From: Winogradskyella sp.
Lineage (GTDB): Bacteria > Bacteroidota > Bacteroidia > Flavobacteriales > Flavobacteriaceae
DNA length: 64,000 nucleotides
Assembly (NCBI GenBank): GCA_049608525.1
Contig: JBMYXP010000001.1
Span: 30,052 to 94,051, forward strand
Direction: 5' to 3'
The stretch's first letter is position 1, and every line of letters starts with the position of its first letter. Both the position numbers and the translations under genes were made by a program. Shown here piece by piece: positions 47,873 to 57,265 of the stretch. The notes beneath the pieces are model-generated. The model saw only the letters and a list, made by a program, of their open reading frames with translations. It made no database searches and was not told where the DNA came from.

Positions 47873-47917
47873 TAGACTAATTACTAACGTCTAAAGACTA
47901 CATACTAATGACTGATA
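47861..47917 (+). repeat. Right heptamer tract, 8 degenerate units
   Basis: ACTAACA ACTAATAG ACTAATT ACTAACG TCTAAAG ACTACAT ACTAATG ACTGATA; spans the IVP stop and the RND start codon. Confidence 0.8.
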
Positions 47918-50900
47918 ACAAAAATAAGCAAGTCGAAAAAGAATTTGGGTTAGCATCTTGGGCAATTAACAACAAAACAACAATGTATGTTGCAGTGTTG
48001 CTAATTCTTTTTATGGGTGTTTCAGCATTTTTTGCAATGCCACGAGAAAGTTTCCCAGAAATTAAAGAAACTAAAATATATGTAAGCACCATTTTCCCAG
48101 GAAATACAGCCGAAGATATTGAAAAACTAATCACAGATCCTTTAGAAGAAAAACTAAACCTTGTAAGTAATAAGGTAGAAATTACCTCAACATCTCAAGA
48201 AGATGCTTCAATGATTATTGTAGAATTTGATGAAGGTATAACTGTTGATCAAGCAAAACAAAAAGTAAAAGACGAAATAGACAGCGAAACCTCTAGCGAA
48301 GATTGGCCAACATTTAATGGTGCCAAAATTGAGCCTAATGTTTTTGAGCTAAGTATGAGCGAAGAAATGCCAATACTTAACATTAATATTTCTGGCGATT
48401 ATACTGTAGAAAAATTAAAAGAATTTGGCGAACATTTACAAGATGAAATTGAAAGTCTAGAAGCCATAAAACAAGTAGATATTCGTGGTGTACAAGACAA
48501 AGAAGTTGAAGTTGCCGTAGATATTTATAAAATGATGGCTGCGCAAGTAAGCTACAACGACATTATTAATACTATTAATAGTGGCAATGTAACAATGTCT
48601 GCCGGAAATTTAATTAGTAGCGGACAACGTAGAACGATTAGAATTTTAGGTGAAATTGAAAAACCAAGCGACCTAGAAAACTTTGTTGTAAAAACCGAAA
48701 AAGGAAAATCTATTTATTTGCGAGACGTTGCAAACGTTACATTTAAAGAAAAAGACAGAACCACTTATGCCAGAGAATTTGGCGAGCGTGTTATTATGCT
48801 AGACGTTAAAAAACGTGCAGGTAAAAATATGGTGGCAGCTGCAGATGCTATTAAAATAATGGTAGAAGATGCAATAGAAAACGTATTTCCACCAGATTTA
48901 AAAGTAACCATTACAAACGATCAATCTTCGGTAACCATTGCAGCTGTGGACGATTTGGTAAACAACATCATTTTTGGTGTTATTCTAGTTGTAACGGTTT
49001 TAATGTTTTTCTTAGGGTTTAAAAATGCCATTTTTGTAGGGTTTGCAATTCCTATGTCAATGTTTATGTCGTTAATGATACTAAATGCTTTAGGCTACAC
49101 CTTAAATACTATGATTCTTTTTGGATTAATTATGGGCTTAGGAATGTTAGTAGATAATGGTATTGTAGTTGTAGAAAACGTGTATCGTTTAATGGACGAA
49201 GAAGGAATGAGCCGCATTGAAGCTGCAAAAAAAGGTATTGGCGAAATTGCATTTCCTATAATAATATCAACAGCAACAACAGTTGCAGCCTTTATTCCGT
49301 TAGGTTTATGGCCAGGTGTTATGGGTGAGTTTATGAAACTCTTACCAATTACTTTAGCGGTTGTATTGACATCATCATTAGTCGTTGCAATATTTTTTAA
49401 TTCGGTTTTAGTCTCAAATTTTATGAGTACCGAAGACAAAAATATGCCATTAAAAAACATTATTATTCTTACAGTAATAATGGCTGTTTTAGGGTTGTTA
49501 ATCTTCCTAATTGCTGGGCCATATCGTGGACTTGGTGTTTTAATGATTTTTACAGCAATTATGCTTTGGGTTTACCGTTTATTTTTAAGAAAATGGGCAA
49601 ATAGTTTTCAAAACAAAGTATTACCAAGGTTAGAAAACTGGTACGAAAGACAGTTAAGTCGCGCACTTACAAAATGGAGACCTTACACTTTAATTTTTGG
49701 CACTTTTTTATTATTAATTATCTCTTTTATGGCATTTGGTTGGTCTTTAGGTGAACAAAGAACCAAAGTAGAATTTTTTCCAGAAAACAAACCCAACCAA
49801 ATTATAGTTTATATTGAATATCCACAAGGTACAGATATTGAAAAAACAAATGCTATAACTCAGCAAATTGAAGAAAAAGTTTACAGTATAATTAATAGTG
49901 ATGAGTATAAAAGTGGAGACCGAAATGTCCTTGTAGAAAGTGCCGTGTCGCAAGTTGGTGAAGGCGCAGGAAACCCACAAACCGATGGCGGCTCTACTGC
50001 CGAAATGCCACATAAAGGAAAAATTACAGCCTCAATGCGTGAGTACAAATACCGCGAAGGCAAAGACAGTCAGCAATTATTAGAAAAAGTGCAAATGGCA
50101 CTTGTAGGTATTTATCCAGGTGTTTTAATTTCAGTAGAAAAAAATGCCGATGGACCACCTGCAGGCGCACCAATTAATATTGAATTAGAAGGTAACGATT
50201 ATAACGAACTTATTGCTACTGCCGAGCGTATGCGCGATTTTATTAACACCAAAAATATTGCTGGTGTAGATGAAATTAAAATTGATGTAAACAAAGATAA
50301 ACCTGGAATGCAGGTTGTTGTAGATAGAAAAAAAGCAGGCGAATTAGGTGTTAGCGCAAGCCAAGTTGGGCAACAAATTAGAAATTCTATCTTTGGTGTA
50401 AAAGCAGGAATTTACAAAGAAGATGGCGAAGATTACGATATTTATGTGCGTTTTAACAAAGAAAACAGATATAACCAAAGCGCTATTTTTAATCAAAAAA
50501 TAACCTTTAGAGATAATACAGGAAAAATTAACGAAATACCTATTTCTGCAATTGCAGAACACAGCAATAATTCTGGTTTTAGTACTATTAAACACAAAGA
50601 AACCAATAGAGTTGTTACGGTATATTCTCAATTATCACCAGGTTTTACAGATGCTGGAGCTATTGTAAAACAGGTGCAAAACGAAATGAAAGCGTTTCCA
50701 GATTTGCCAAAAAATATTAGTATAGATTATACAGGTCAGATTGAAGAACAAAACAAACAAATGGCATTTTTAATGGGTGCACTATTTACAGGTTTGGGCT
50801 TAATTTTCTTCATTTTAATATTTCAATTTAATTCGGTTTCAAAACCCACAATTATAATGATTGCAATTCTGTTAAGTTTAATTGGTGTTTTTGGTGGCTT

Positions 50901-51378
50901 AGTAATTACAGCAAAACCATTTGTTATAATGATGACAATGATGGGCATTATTTCACTTGCAGGAATTGTAGTAAATAATGGTGTTGTACTTCTAGATTAT
51001 GCGCAATTATTAATAGATAGAAAGAAAAATGAGCTAGGTTTAGAACCAAACGCATATTTAGAAAAACAAGATTTATTTAACTGTATTGTTCGTGCTGGTC
51101 GCGCACGTTTGCGTCCTGTTTTATTAACAGCAATTACCACAATATTAGGTTTGGTGCCTTTAGCTACTGGTTTTAATATTAACTTTTTTACGCTATTAGC
51201 AGATTTTAATCCTAATATTTATATTGGTGGCGATAACGTTGTGTTTTGGGGACCATTGGCTTGGACAGTTATTTACGGATTAATAATTGCAACGTTTTTA
51301 ACGCTAATTGCAGTACCAATTTTATTCTTTTTAGTAACACAATTTAAAATGTGGTTAAAACGACCAAAATTAGCATAG
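47908..51378 (+). CDS. RND (AcrB-family) efflux permease
   Basis: GMLVDNGIVVVEN, GIVVNNGVVLLD, RLRPVLLTA. Confidence 0.95.
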   Translation: MTDNKNKQVEKEFGLASWAINNKTTMYVAVLLILFMGVSAFFAMPRESFPEIKETKIYVSTIFPGNTAEDIEKLITDPLEEKLNLVSNKVEITSTSQEDASMIIVEFDEGITVDQAKQKVKDEIDSETSSEDWPTFNGAKIEPNVFELSMSEEMPILNINISGDYTVEKLKEFGEHLQDEIESLEAIKQVDIRGVQDKEVEVAVDIYKMMAAQVSYNDIINTINSGNVTMSAGNLISSGQRRTIRILGEIEKPSDLENFVVKTEKGKSIYLRDVANVTFKEKDRTTYAREFGERVIMLDVKKRAGKNMVAAADAIKIMVEDAIENVFPPDLKVTITNDQSSVTIAAVDDLVNNIIFGVILVVTVLMFFLGFKNAIFVGFAIPMSMFMSLMILNALGYTLNTMILFGLIMGLGMLVDNGIVVVENVYRLMDEEGMSRIEAAKKGIGEIAFPIIISTATTVAAFIPLGLWPGVMGEFMKLLPITLAVVLTSSLVVAIFFNSVLVSNFMSTEDKNMPLKNIIILTVIMAVLGLLIFLIAGPYRGLGVLMIFTAIMLWVYRLFLRKWANSFQNKVLPRLENWYERQLSRALTKWRPYTLIFGTFLLLIISFMAFGWSLGEQRTKVEFFPENKPNQIIVYIEYPQGTDIEKTNAITQQIEEKVYSIINSDEYKSGDRNVLVESAVSQVGEGAGNPQTDGGSTAEMPHKGKITASMREYKYREGKDSQQLLEKVQMALVGIYPGVLISVEKNADGPPAGAPINIELEGNDYNELIATAERMRDFINTKNIAGVDEIKIDVNKDKPGMQVVVDRKKAGELGVSASQVGQQIRNSIFGVKAGIYKEDGEDYDIYVRFNKENRYNQSAIFNQKITFRDNTGKINEIPISAIAEHSNNSGFSTIKHKETNRVVTVYSQLSPGFTDAGAIVKQVQNEMKAFPDLPKNISIDYTGQIEEQNKQMAFLMGALFTGLGLIFFILIFQFNSVSKPTIIMIAILLSLIGVFGGLVITAKPFVIMMTMMGIISLAGIVVNNGVVLLDYAQLLIDRKKNELGLEPNAYLEKQDLFNCIVRAGRARLRPVLLTAITTILGLVPLATGFNINFFTLLADFNPNIYIGGDNVVFWGPLAWTVIYGLIIATFLTLIAVPILFFLVTQFKMWLKRPKLA

Positions 51379-51414
51379 AGTATTGGTTGAAAAATGAAGT
51401 CTTTAATAAAATGA

Positions 51415-51530
51415 AACCAATTAGTATTCAAAATATCTTATATAATTACGGTGTTATTTCAATTCAAAATAGCATCGTAATTTCAGGAATTTAATGAAGT
51501 TTTTTGAAGTTACTAAGTGTCAATTGAAAC
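51415..51530. repeat. Degenerate MITE copy D
   Basis: AACCAATTAGTATTCAAAAT end. Internal TATTTCAATTCAAAATAG is a 16/18 match to the family core. TTTCAGGAATTTA is shared with copy C. Confidence 0.45.
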
Positions 51531-51536
51531 ACATAA

Positions 51537-51622
51537 TACCAATTAGGATTTAAAAATGCGTTACAACTAGTTTGAGCGAAATAAAAACGAATTATAGGGT
51601 TTATTTTATCTTGTAATTGGTA
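51537..51622 (+). mobile_element. Short MITE copy E (86 bp)
   Basis: TACCAATTAGGAT...ATCTTGTAATTGGTA terminal inverted repeats. 51581-51606 is the exact reverse complement of 54768-54793. Confidence 0.65.
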
Positions 51623-51665
51623 TAATAAGGTGTAGGTTGATCAATTTTTGTATTTTGCTAACCAT

Positions 51666-52448
51666 ATGCAGAAGTTACGTTATATTTTTTTGGTGTTTGG
51701 TTTTACTTGTTTTGCGCAGCAAGAGGTAAAAGCGCGTTTAAAAGATTCTACACAATTAAAAGCCGAGCAACTCTACGGAGCGGATAATTTTGGCACGCTT
51801 TATTATACAAAAGATAGCACTACGTTTTTAAAAAAAACAAAGGATACAACAATTGCGTATGCTAATTTTCAATTGGGAGAAATTACAGATGCAAACACCT
51901 TTAATCCCTTAAAAATTAATCTTTTTTATAAAGATTTTAATACCGTAATAGTATTAGATAACCGCTTGGCAGAAATTGCTAAAGTAGATTTTAATACTAT
52001 GCAACCTTATAAGAACATAAGTTTTATAGCTGCGGGATTCAGTAATACACTCTGGGTTTTTAACCAAGACAGGCAATGGATAGAACTTTATGACTATAAA
52101 ACCAATACCGTAAAGCGACAAACAATACCTGTACAATCTAGTGTGTTAGATCTAAAAAGTGATTACAATTATTGTTATTTATTAACAGAACGTTATCTTT
52201 ATATCTATAATTATTTTGGCAGTTTAATTGGTAAACACAAAAATGAAGGTTTTGAAAGTTTGGCATTTAGTAAAGCACATTTAGTCCTTAAGAAAAAGAA
52301 TCAACTTTTTATACTGCAAAAAAACGAAGCTAAAATAAAAGCTATTAAACATCCAACAATTTTAATACATCAGTTTTTGGTAACCAACGAAACCTTGTAT
52401 ATTTACAATGACAAATTACTACAACATTACCAATTAAAAATAGAATAG
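51666..52448 (+). CDS. Hypothetical exported beta-rich protein
   Basis: Signal peptide from ATG 51666; ends 3 nt before the dNK start. Confidence 0.65.
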   Translation: MQKLRYIFLVFGFTCFAQQEVKARLKDSTQLKAEQLYGADNFGTLYYTKDSTTFLKKTKDTTIAYANFQLGEITDANTFNPLKINLFYKDFNTVIVLDNRLAEIAKVDFNTMQPYKNISFIAAGFSNTLWVFNQDRQWIELYDYKTNTVKRQTIPVQSSVLDLKSDYNYCYLLTERYLYIYNYFGSLIGKHKNEGFESLAFSKAHLVLKKKNQLFILQKNEAKIKAIKHPTILIHQFLVTNETLYIYNDKLLQHYQLKIE

Positions 52449-52451
52449 ATT

Positions 52452-53066
52452 ATGCATGTTGCTATTGCAGGAAATATAGGTGCTGGTAAGACCACCCTAA
52501 CTAAATTATTGGCAAAACATTTTAACTGGGAAGCGCAGCTAGAAGATGTTGTGGATAATCCTTATTTAGATGATTTTTATAACCAGATGGAACGTTGGAG
52601 TTTTAATTTGCAGGTATATTTTTTGAATAGTAGATTTAGACAGGTTAACCAAATTCAAAATGGGGTAAAAGACATCATTCAAGATAGAACAATTTATGAA
52701 GATGCTCATATTTTTGCTCCAAATTTGCATGCTATGGGTTTAATGACTAATCGCGATTTTGAAAATTATTCGTCCTTATTTCAACTTATGGAAGGTTTTG
52801 TAAAAGGACCAGATTTGTTAATTTATTTGCGTAGTTCTATTCCCAACTTAGTATCTCAAATTCATAAACGTGGGAGAGATTACGAAAACTCAATTAGTAT
52901 TGATTATTTAAGTCGATTAAACGAACGTTACGAAGCTTGGATTAGTAAATACAATAACGGTAACTTGTTAATTATAGATGTAGATAACTTAGATTTTGTT
53001 GCCAACCAAGAAGATTTAGGCGGTATTATTACTAAGATAGATGCCCAAATTAATGGGTTGTTTTAG
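52452..53066 (+). CDS. Deoxynucleoside kinase
   Basis: AGNIGAGKTT, DRTIYED, KRGRDYE. Confidence 0.93.
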   Translation: MHVAIAGNIGAGKTTLTKLLAKHFNWEAQLEDVVDNPYLDDFYNQMERWSFNLQVYFLNSRFRQVNQIQNGVKDIIQDRTIYEDAHIFAPNLHAMGLMTNRDFENYSSLFQLMEGFVKGPDLLIYLRSSIPNLVSQIHKRGRDYENSISIDYLSRLNERYEAWISKYNNGNLLIIDVDNLDFVANQEDLGGIITKIDAQINGLF

Positions 53067-53169
53067 CTTTAGGTTTTGCTAGGGATTGTGTTATTTTTTA
53101 TAACCTCATGTTTTTTAGTGTGTTCTATTACGATTTGTCTCAATCTGTTTTCTAATTTGGTAATAGAGC

Positions 53170-53200
53170 AAAAAAAACGCCCAACCTATGGCTGAGCGTT
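53170..53200 (-). terminator. Terminator of the cold-shock gene
   Basis: AACGCTCAGCC/GGTTGGGCGTT followed by a T-run on the minus strand. Confidence 0.7.
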
Positions 53201-53220
53201 GAAACTTGTAAGATATATAC

Positions 53221-53412
53221 TTATAGTACCTCTACATTAGCAGCTACTAATCCTTTTCTTCCTTCTTCTTCGTTGTACTCTACGGTATCACCTTCGCGTA
53301 ACTCTACGCCATTAAGGTTTGATACGTGTACAAAGATGTCTTTTCCTGTTTCTTCGTTGGTAATAAATCCAAATCCTTTTGAATCATTAAAAAATTTAAC
53401 TGTTCCAGTCAT
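53221..53412 (-). CDS. Cold-shock protein (CSD)
   Basis: GTVKFFN..KGFGFI and DIFVHVS (RNP1/RNP2). -7 box TATCTTTG at 53439-53446. Confidence 0.95.
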   Translation of the reverse strand: MTGTVKFFNDSKGFGFITNEETGKDIFVHVSNLNGVELREGDTVEYNEEEGRKGLVAANVEVL

Positions 53413-53459
53413 TATAATATAAATAAAAAATTAAGATGCAAAGATAGTATTTATATTAA

Positions 53460-53518
53460 TGTAAAGGCTAAAAATTTATTTGTTTTCTTAAGACACACAT
53501 AAATTTTTAGCCTTTACA
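53460..53518. repeat. Perfect 20-bp inverted repeat
   Basis: TGTAAAGGCTAAAAATTTAT-N19-ATAAATTTTTAGCCTTTACA. Confidence 0.85.
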
Positions 53519-53683
53519 CTAATTACAACTTAAAACTAGTTGAGTAAAACGTCCTTTTTTTCATTCTTTTTCAATAAAAAAAGAAACTGTAATTAAGGTT
53601 GTGCTCTAGGTTTTATAATTCAAATAAAGAAAAAAGCAACCATTTTTATAGTCCTTTTTTAATTAGAAATTGATTTTAGCACG

Positions 53684-54721
53684 TTATGGCGCTGGATTTG
53701 GAATTTCTGAGTGCACTACATTTATAGCCTCTAAAACCGCTTTGGGTAGTGAAATATTTATACTATCAATGTTCTCTTCTAATTGCTTAAGGTTGGTTGC
53801 TCCAATAATATTACTGGTTAAAAAAGGACGTTCGTTTACAAAGGCTAACGCCATTTGGGCCAAACTCATATTGTAATCTTCAGCAATTTTTAAATAGCGT
53901 TTTGTAGCTTCGGTAGCTTGGTTACTACTATATCTGGCAAATCTTGGAAACGCTTTTAAGCGCGAATTGTCTGCCGCAGTACCTTTAATGTATTTGCCAG
54001 ATAATACACCAAAAGCCATTGGAGAATAGGCCAATAAACCAATATTTTCTCTATGTGCAACTTCTGCTAAGTCGCTTTCAAATGGTCTGCATAATAACGA
54101 ATACGCATTTTGTATGGTTATCATACGAGGCAAATGATGGTGTTTAGATTCTTGCAAATAACGCATGGTTCCCCAAGCACCTTCGTTAGAAATTCCTACG
54201 TGTCTTACTTTACCAGATTTTATGATTTCATGAAGATGATGAAGGGTTTCATTAATGTTATCGACCCATTTATCATTTGGATTGTGTACATAGTCTCGGG
54301 TTCCAAACATCTTAGTTTCGCGCTCTGGCCAGTGTAATTGGTAGAGGTCTATATAGTCGGTTTTTAGGCGTTTTAAGCTATTGTTAACGGCTTCGTTGAG
54401 TGCGGTTTTGCTAAAACCTGTGGTTCTAATATGAGCTGTGTAATCGCCAGGTCCAGCAATTTTACTGGCTAAAACTACTTTGTCTCTATGGCCTGTTTTT
54501 GTAAACCAATTGCCAATAATACGTTCAGTTTCTGCATACGTGTCTGCATTTGCAGGTACGGGGTAAAGTTCTGCAACATCAAAAAAATTAACACCTTTAT
54601 CTAAGGCAAAATCCATTTGAGCAAAGCCTTCGTTTTGTGTGTTTTGGTTGCCCCAGGTCATGGTGCCAAGGCAAATTTTACTAACTTTTATATCTGTGTT
54701 TGGTAGGGTTGTGTATTTCAT
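53684..54721 (-). CDS. Aldo/keto reductase (Tas-like)
   Basis: CLGTMTWG, DVAELY, DLYQLHWP, LAYSPMAFG. Confidence 0.93.
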   Translation of the reverse strand: MKYTTLPNTDIKVSKICLGTMTWGNQNTQNEGFAQMDFALDKGVNFFDVAELYPVPANADTYAETERIIGNWFTKTGHRDKVVLASKIAGPGDYTAHIRTTGFSKTALNEAVNNSLKRLKTDYIDLYQLHWPERETKMFGTRDYVHNPNDKWVDNINETLHHLHEIIKSGKVRHVGISNEGAWGTMRYLQESKHHHLPRMITIQNAYSLLCRPFESDLAEVAHRENIGLLAYSPMAFGVLSGKYIKGTAADNSRLKAFPRFARYSSNQATEATKRYLKIAEDYNMSLAQMALAFVNERPFLTSNIIGATNLKQLEENIDSINISLPKAVLEAINVVHSEIPNPAP

Positions 54722-54767
54722 AGCATTTTTATTAAGGTGTGTGTTTTTGGTTGAACTATTAATGTCT

Positions 54768-54823
54768 AAATAAACCCTATAATTCGTTTTTATGATGTTT
54801 CTGTTTCAATTTGAAATAGAATC
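54768..54823. repeat. MITE family internal fragment
   Basis: 26-bp exact inverted match to 51581-51606, plus TTGAAATAGAATC shared with copy C. Confidence 0.55.
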
Positions 54824-54891
54824 TTACTAGCGTTGTGCTTAGATTTTTTATAGGATAAAACATCGCATAATTCAAACTATAAAAACACCGT

Positions 54892-55683
54892 TTAAGATTT
54901 ATAATTTTCAGGAATTTTGCAAATAGGAATCGGTATCATTTTATGCGTATTAGCTTTATTGTAACGCGTGTAGATTTCGAAAACCTCACGTTTTCTACCT
55001 GAAAAATCATTTGCAGTTTTGCCGTCGTTTTTCATTTGCATAGCCCATTCTAACTCTGGGTACGAGGCTCCTATTTGATCTTCGTCACTACGTGCGTCTC
55101 CAAATAAACCATCACTTGGGGCAGCTTTCATTATCGATTTTGAAACTTCTAAAAATGCTCCAATGGTATAAACTTCAGACTTTAGTAAATCTGCAATTGG
55201 GCTTAAATCTACACCGCCATCGCCATATTTGGTATAAAAGCCAACTCCGAAGTCTTCAACTTTATTTCCTGTGCCAGCCACAAGCAACCCTTTTAAGCCA
55301 GCGTGGTAGTATAGGGTTGTCATTCGTAATCTTGCTCTTGTGTTGGCTAAAGCCATATCTACGATAGTTTGTTTGCCGTTAAGGTTAACTTCGGTTTTAA
55401 ATGCTTCAAAAACAGGTGTTAAATCTACTTTTATAGCGCTAACGTTAGTAAAACGTTTTTTTAATTGTGAAATATGCTCTTGTCCACGAGATACGTGGCT
55501 ACTGGCTTGGTGAATAGGCATTTCTATGCACAGCACTTCTAAGCCCGTTTTTGCACACAATGTTGAGGTTACTGCAGAGTCTATACCGCCAGAAATACCG
55601 ATTACAAAACCATTAACTTTGGCATTTTTAGCATAATCTTTTAACCAATCTACAATGTAATTTACAACCGTTTTTGTCTGCAT
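54892..55683 (-). CDS. nadE: NH3-dependent NAD+ synthetase
   Basis: GISGGIDS, NTRARLRM, GFYTKYGDG, APSDGL. Confidence 0.95.
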   Translation of the reverse strand: MQTKTVVNYIVDWLKDYAKNAKVNGFVIGISGGIDSAVTSTLCAKTGLEVLCIEMPIHQASSHVSRGQEHISQLKKRFTNVSAIKVDLTPVFEAFKTEVNLNGKQTIVDMALANTRARLRMTTLYYHAGLKGLLVAGTGNKVEDFGVGFYTKYGDGGVDLSPIADLLKSEVYTIGAFLEVSKSIMKAAPSDGLFGDARSDEDQIGASYPELEWAMQMKNDGKTANDFSGRKREVFEIYTRYNKANTHKMIPIPICKIPENYKS

Positions 55684-55920
55684 AATTTTATTTTTTGTAA
55701 GAACTATACTAATTATTGAATTTTAATTTTGAATCCATTAAATTTTTTTCAATCTGCAAAAAAATACTAATTTTTGCTGTAACTTAAAAAGTTTAAACGG
55801 ATTTTATAGTTAATTCAAACTCAAAAAATCTAAAAATCGTAATTCAATACTCATAATTCATTTTTACCTTTGCACAACAAAAGTAACAGAAACAGGTTAG
55901 GATTAAAACTATTTTACCCA

Positions 55921-56883
55921 ATGCAGATAAGAATTTATTTAATTTTAATACTAATATTGAGTGTTGTGTCTTGTAACGAGGATTCTAAACTCACCAATAA
56001 GATTGCAAAAATTGAAGCTAATTTTGTTGTTGAGCGTTTTGAGCGCGCATTTTTTACAGCAAAACCAAAAGACCTACCAAGTTTAAAAAAAGCCTATCCG
56101 TTTTTGTTTTCTAAGCACGTGCCAGATTCTGTATGGGTTGCCCGAATGAAGGATACGTTGCAAAACGAATTATTTGCAGAGGTAACTAAAGTTTATTCTG
56201 ATATTGAGGATACAAAACAAGAACTTACAAGTTTATTTCAACATTTAAAATATCATAATAAAACGTTTAAAATACCGAGAGTAATAACATTAACCAACTC
56301 AGTAGATTACAGAAAAAAGAACATTGTAAATGACTCATTAGTATTAATTGCCATAGATAATTATTTGGGAGATTCGCATAGATTTTATCAAAATATTTCT
56401 AAATATTTAACGGCCAATATGCAGCAATCTCAAATTGTAGTAGATGTTGCAGAAAGTTATGCTAGAAGATATACATTTCAAACAAAACGAAGAACATTGC
56501 TAGACGAAATGATTTATTTTGGCAAACTGCTTTACTTTAAAGATGTAATGTTGCCCTATAAAACAGATGCTAAAAAGATAGGCTACACGGAAGATCAGTT
56601 AAAATGGGCAGAAGCAAATGAGCGTGCAATTTGGAGTCATTTTATAGAAAAAGAAATGTTGTACAGTACGGATAGTAAGTTGCCAAATCGTTTTATTGCA
56701 GATGCGCCATTTTCTAAATTTTATTTAGAATTAGATAACGAGTCTCCTGGGAGGCTTGGGCAATATATAGGTTGGCAAATTGTAAAAGCGTATGCCAAAA
56801 ACACCAAGGAATCTGTAATGACTATTTTGCAGAAATCGCCTGAAGAATTATTTAACAAATCTAACTTTAAACCCAAAAGATAA
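55921..56883 (+). CDS. gldB: Gliding motility lipoprotein GldB
   Basis: Lipobox VVSC from ATG 55921; APFSKFYLE..ESPGRLGQYIGWQIV. Precedes gldC; -7 box TACCTTTG at 55865. Confidence 0.88.
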   Translation: MQIRIYLILILILSVVSCNEDSKLTNKIAKIEANFVVERFERAFFTAKPKDLPSLKKAYPFLFSKHVPDSVWVARMKDTLQNELFAEVTKVYSDIEDTKQELTSLFQHLKYHNKTFKIPRVITLTNSVDYRKKNIVNDSLVLIAIDNYLGDSHRFYQNISKYLTANMQQSQIVVDVAESYARRYTFQTKRRTLLDEMIYFGKLLYFKDVMLPYKTDAKKIGYTEDQLKWAEANERAIWSHFIEKEMLYSTDSKLPNRFIADAPFSKFYLELDNESPGRLGQYIGWQIVKAYAKNTKESVMTILQKSPEELFNKSNFKPKR

Positions 56884-57218
56884 TGTCTAAAACCATAACA
56901 TCTAAAATAGAACTAAACGTAGAACTCGATGAAAACCGTGTGCCAGAAAAATTAAGATGGTCGGCACAAGATGGTGGAGTAGATAACGAAGCTGCTAAAG
57001 CTATTATGCTTTCGGTTTGGGATAGTAAAGCACAAGAAACGTTAAAGATAGATTTGTGGACAAAAGACATGCCAGTAGATGAAATGAAATTATTTTTTCA
57101 TCAAACTTTAGTTACTATGAGCGATACATTTTTAAGAGCTACACAAGACGAAAAAATGACCGCTACCATGAAAGATTTTTGCGATTATTTTGCTGAAAAG
57201 TTAGAGCTAAAAAAATAG
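56883..57218 (+). CDS. gldC: Gliding motility protein GldC
   Basis: VELDENRVPE..WSAQDGG, IDLWTKDMPVDEM. Confidence 0.92.
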   Translation: MSKTITSKIELNVELDENRVPEKLRWSAQDGGVDNEAAKAIMLSVWDSKAQETLKIDLWTKDMPVDEMKLFFHQTLVTMSDTFLRATQDEKMTATMKDFCDYFAEKLELKK

Positions 57219-57265
57219 CCTTATACCAACAAATGTTTATCGCTTATTTTGAGTTGTAACTGGTG

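Noticed and set aside
2767-54823. CRISPR array formed by the intergenic repeats
   Set aside because: The repeats are dispersed and of variable length, with no regular spacers and no cas genes.
54901-54917. TAATTTTCAGGAATTT match to the MITE copy C interior
   Set aside because: Lies within nadE coding sequence (KIPENY); probably coincidental.
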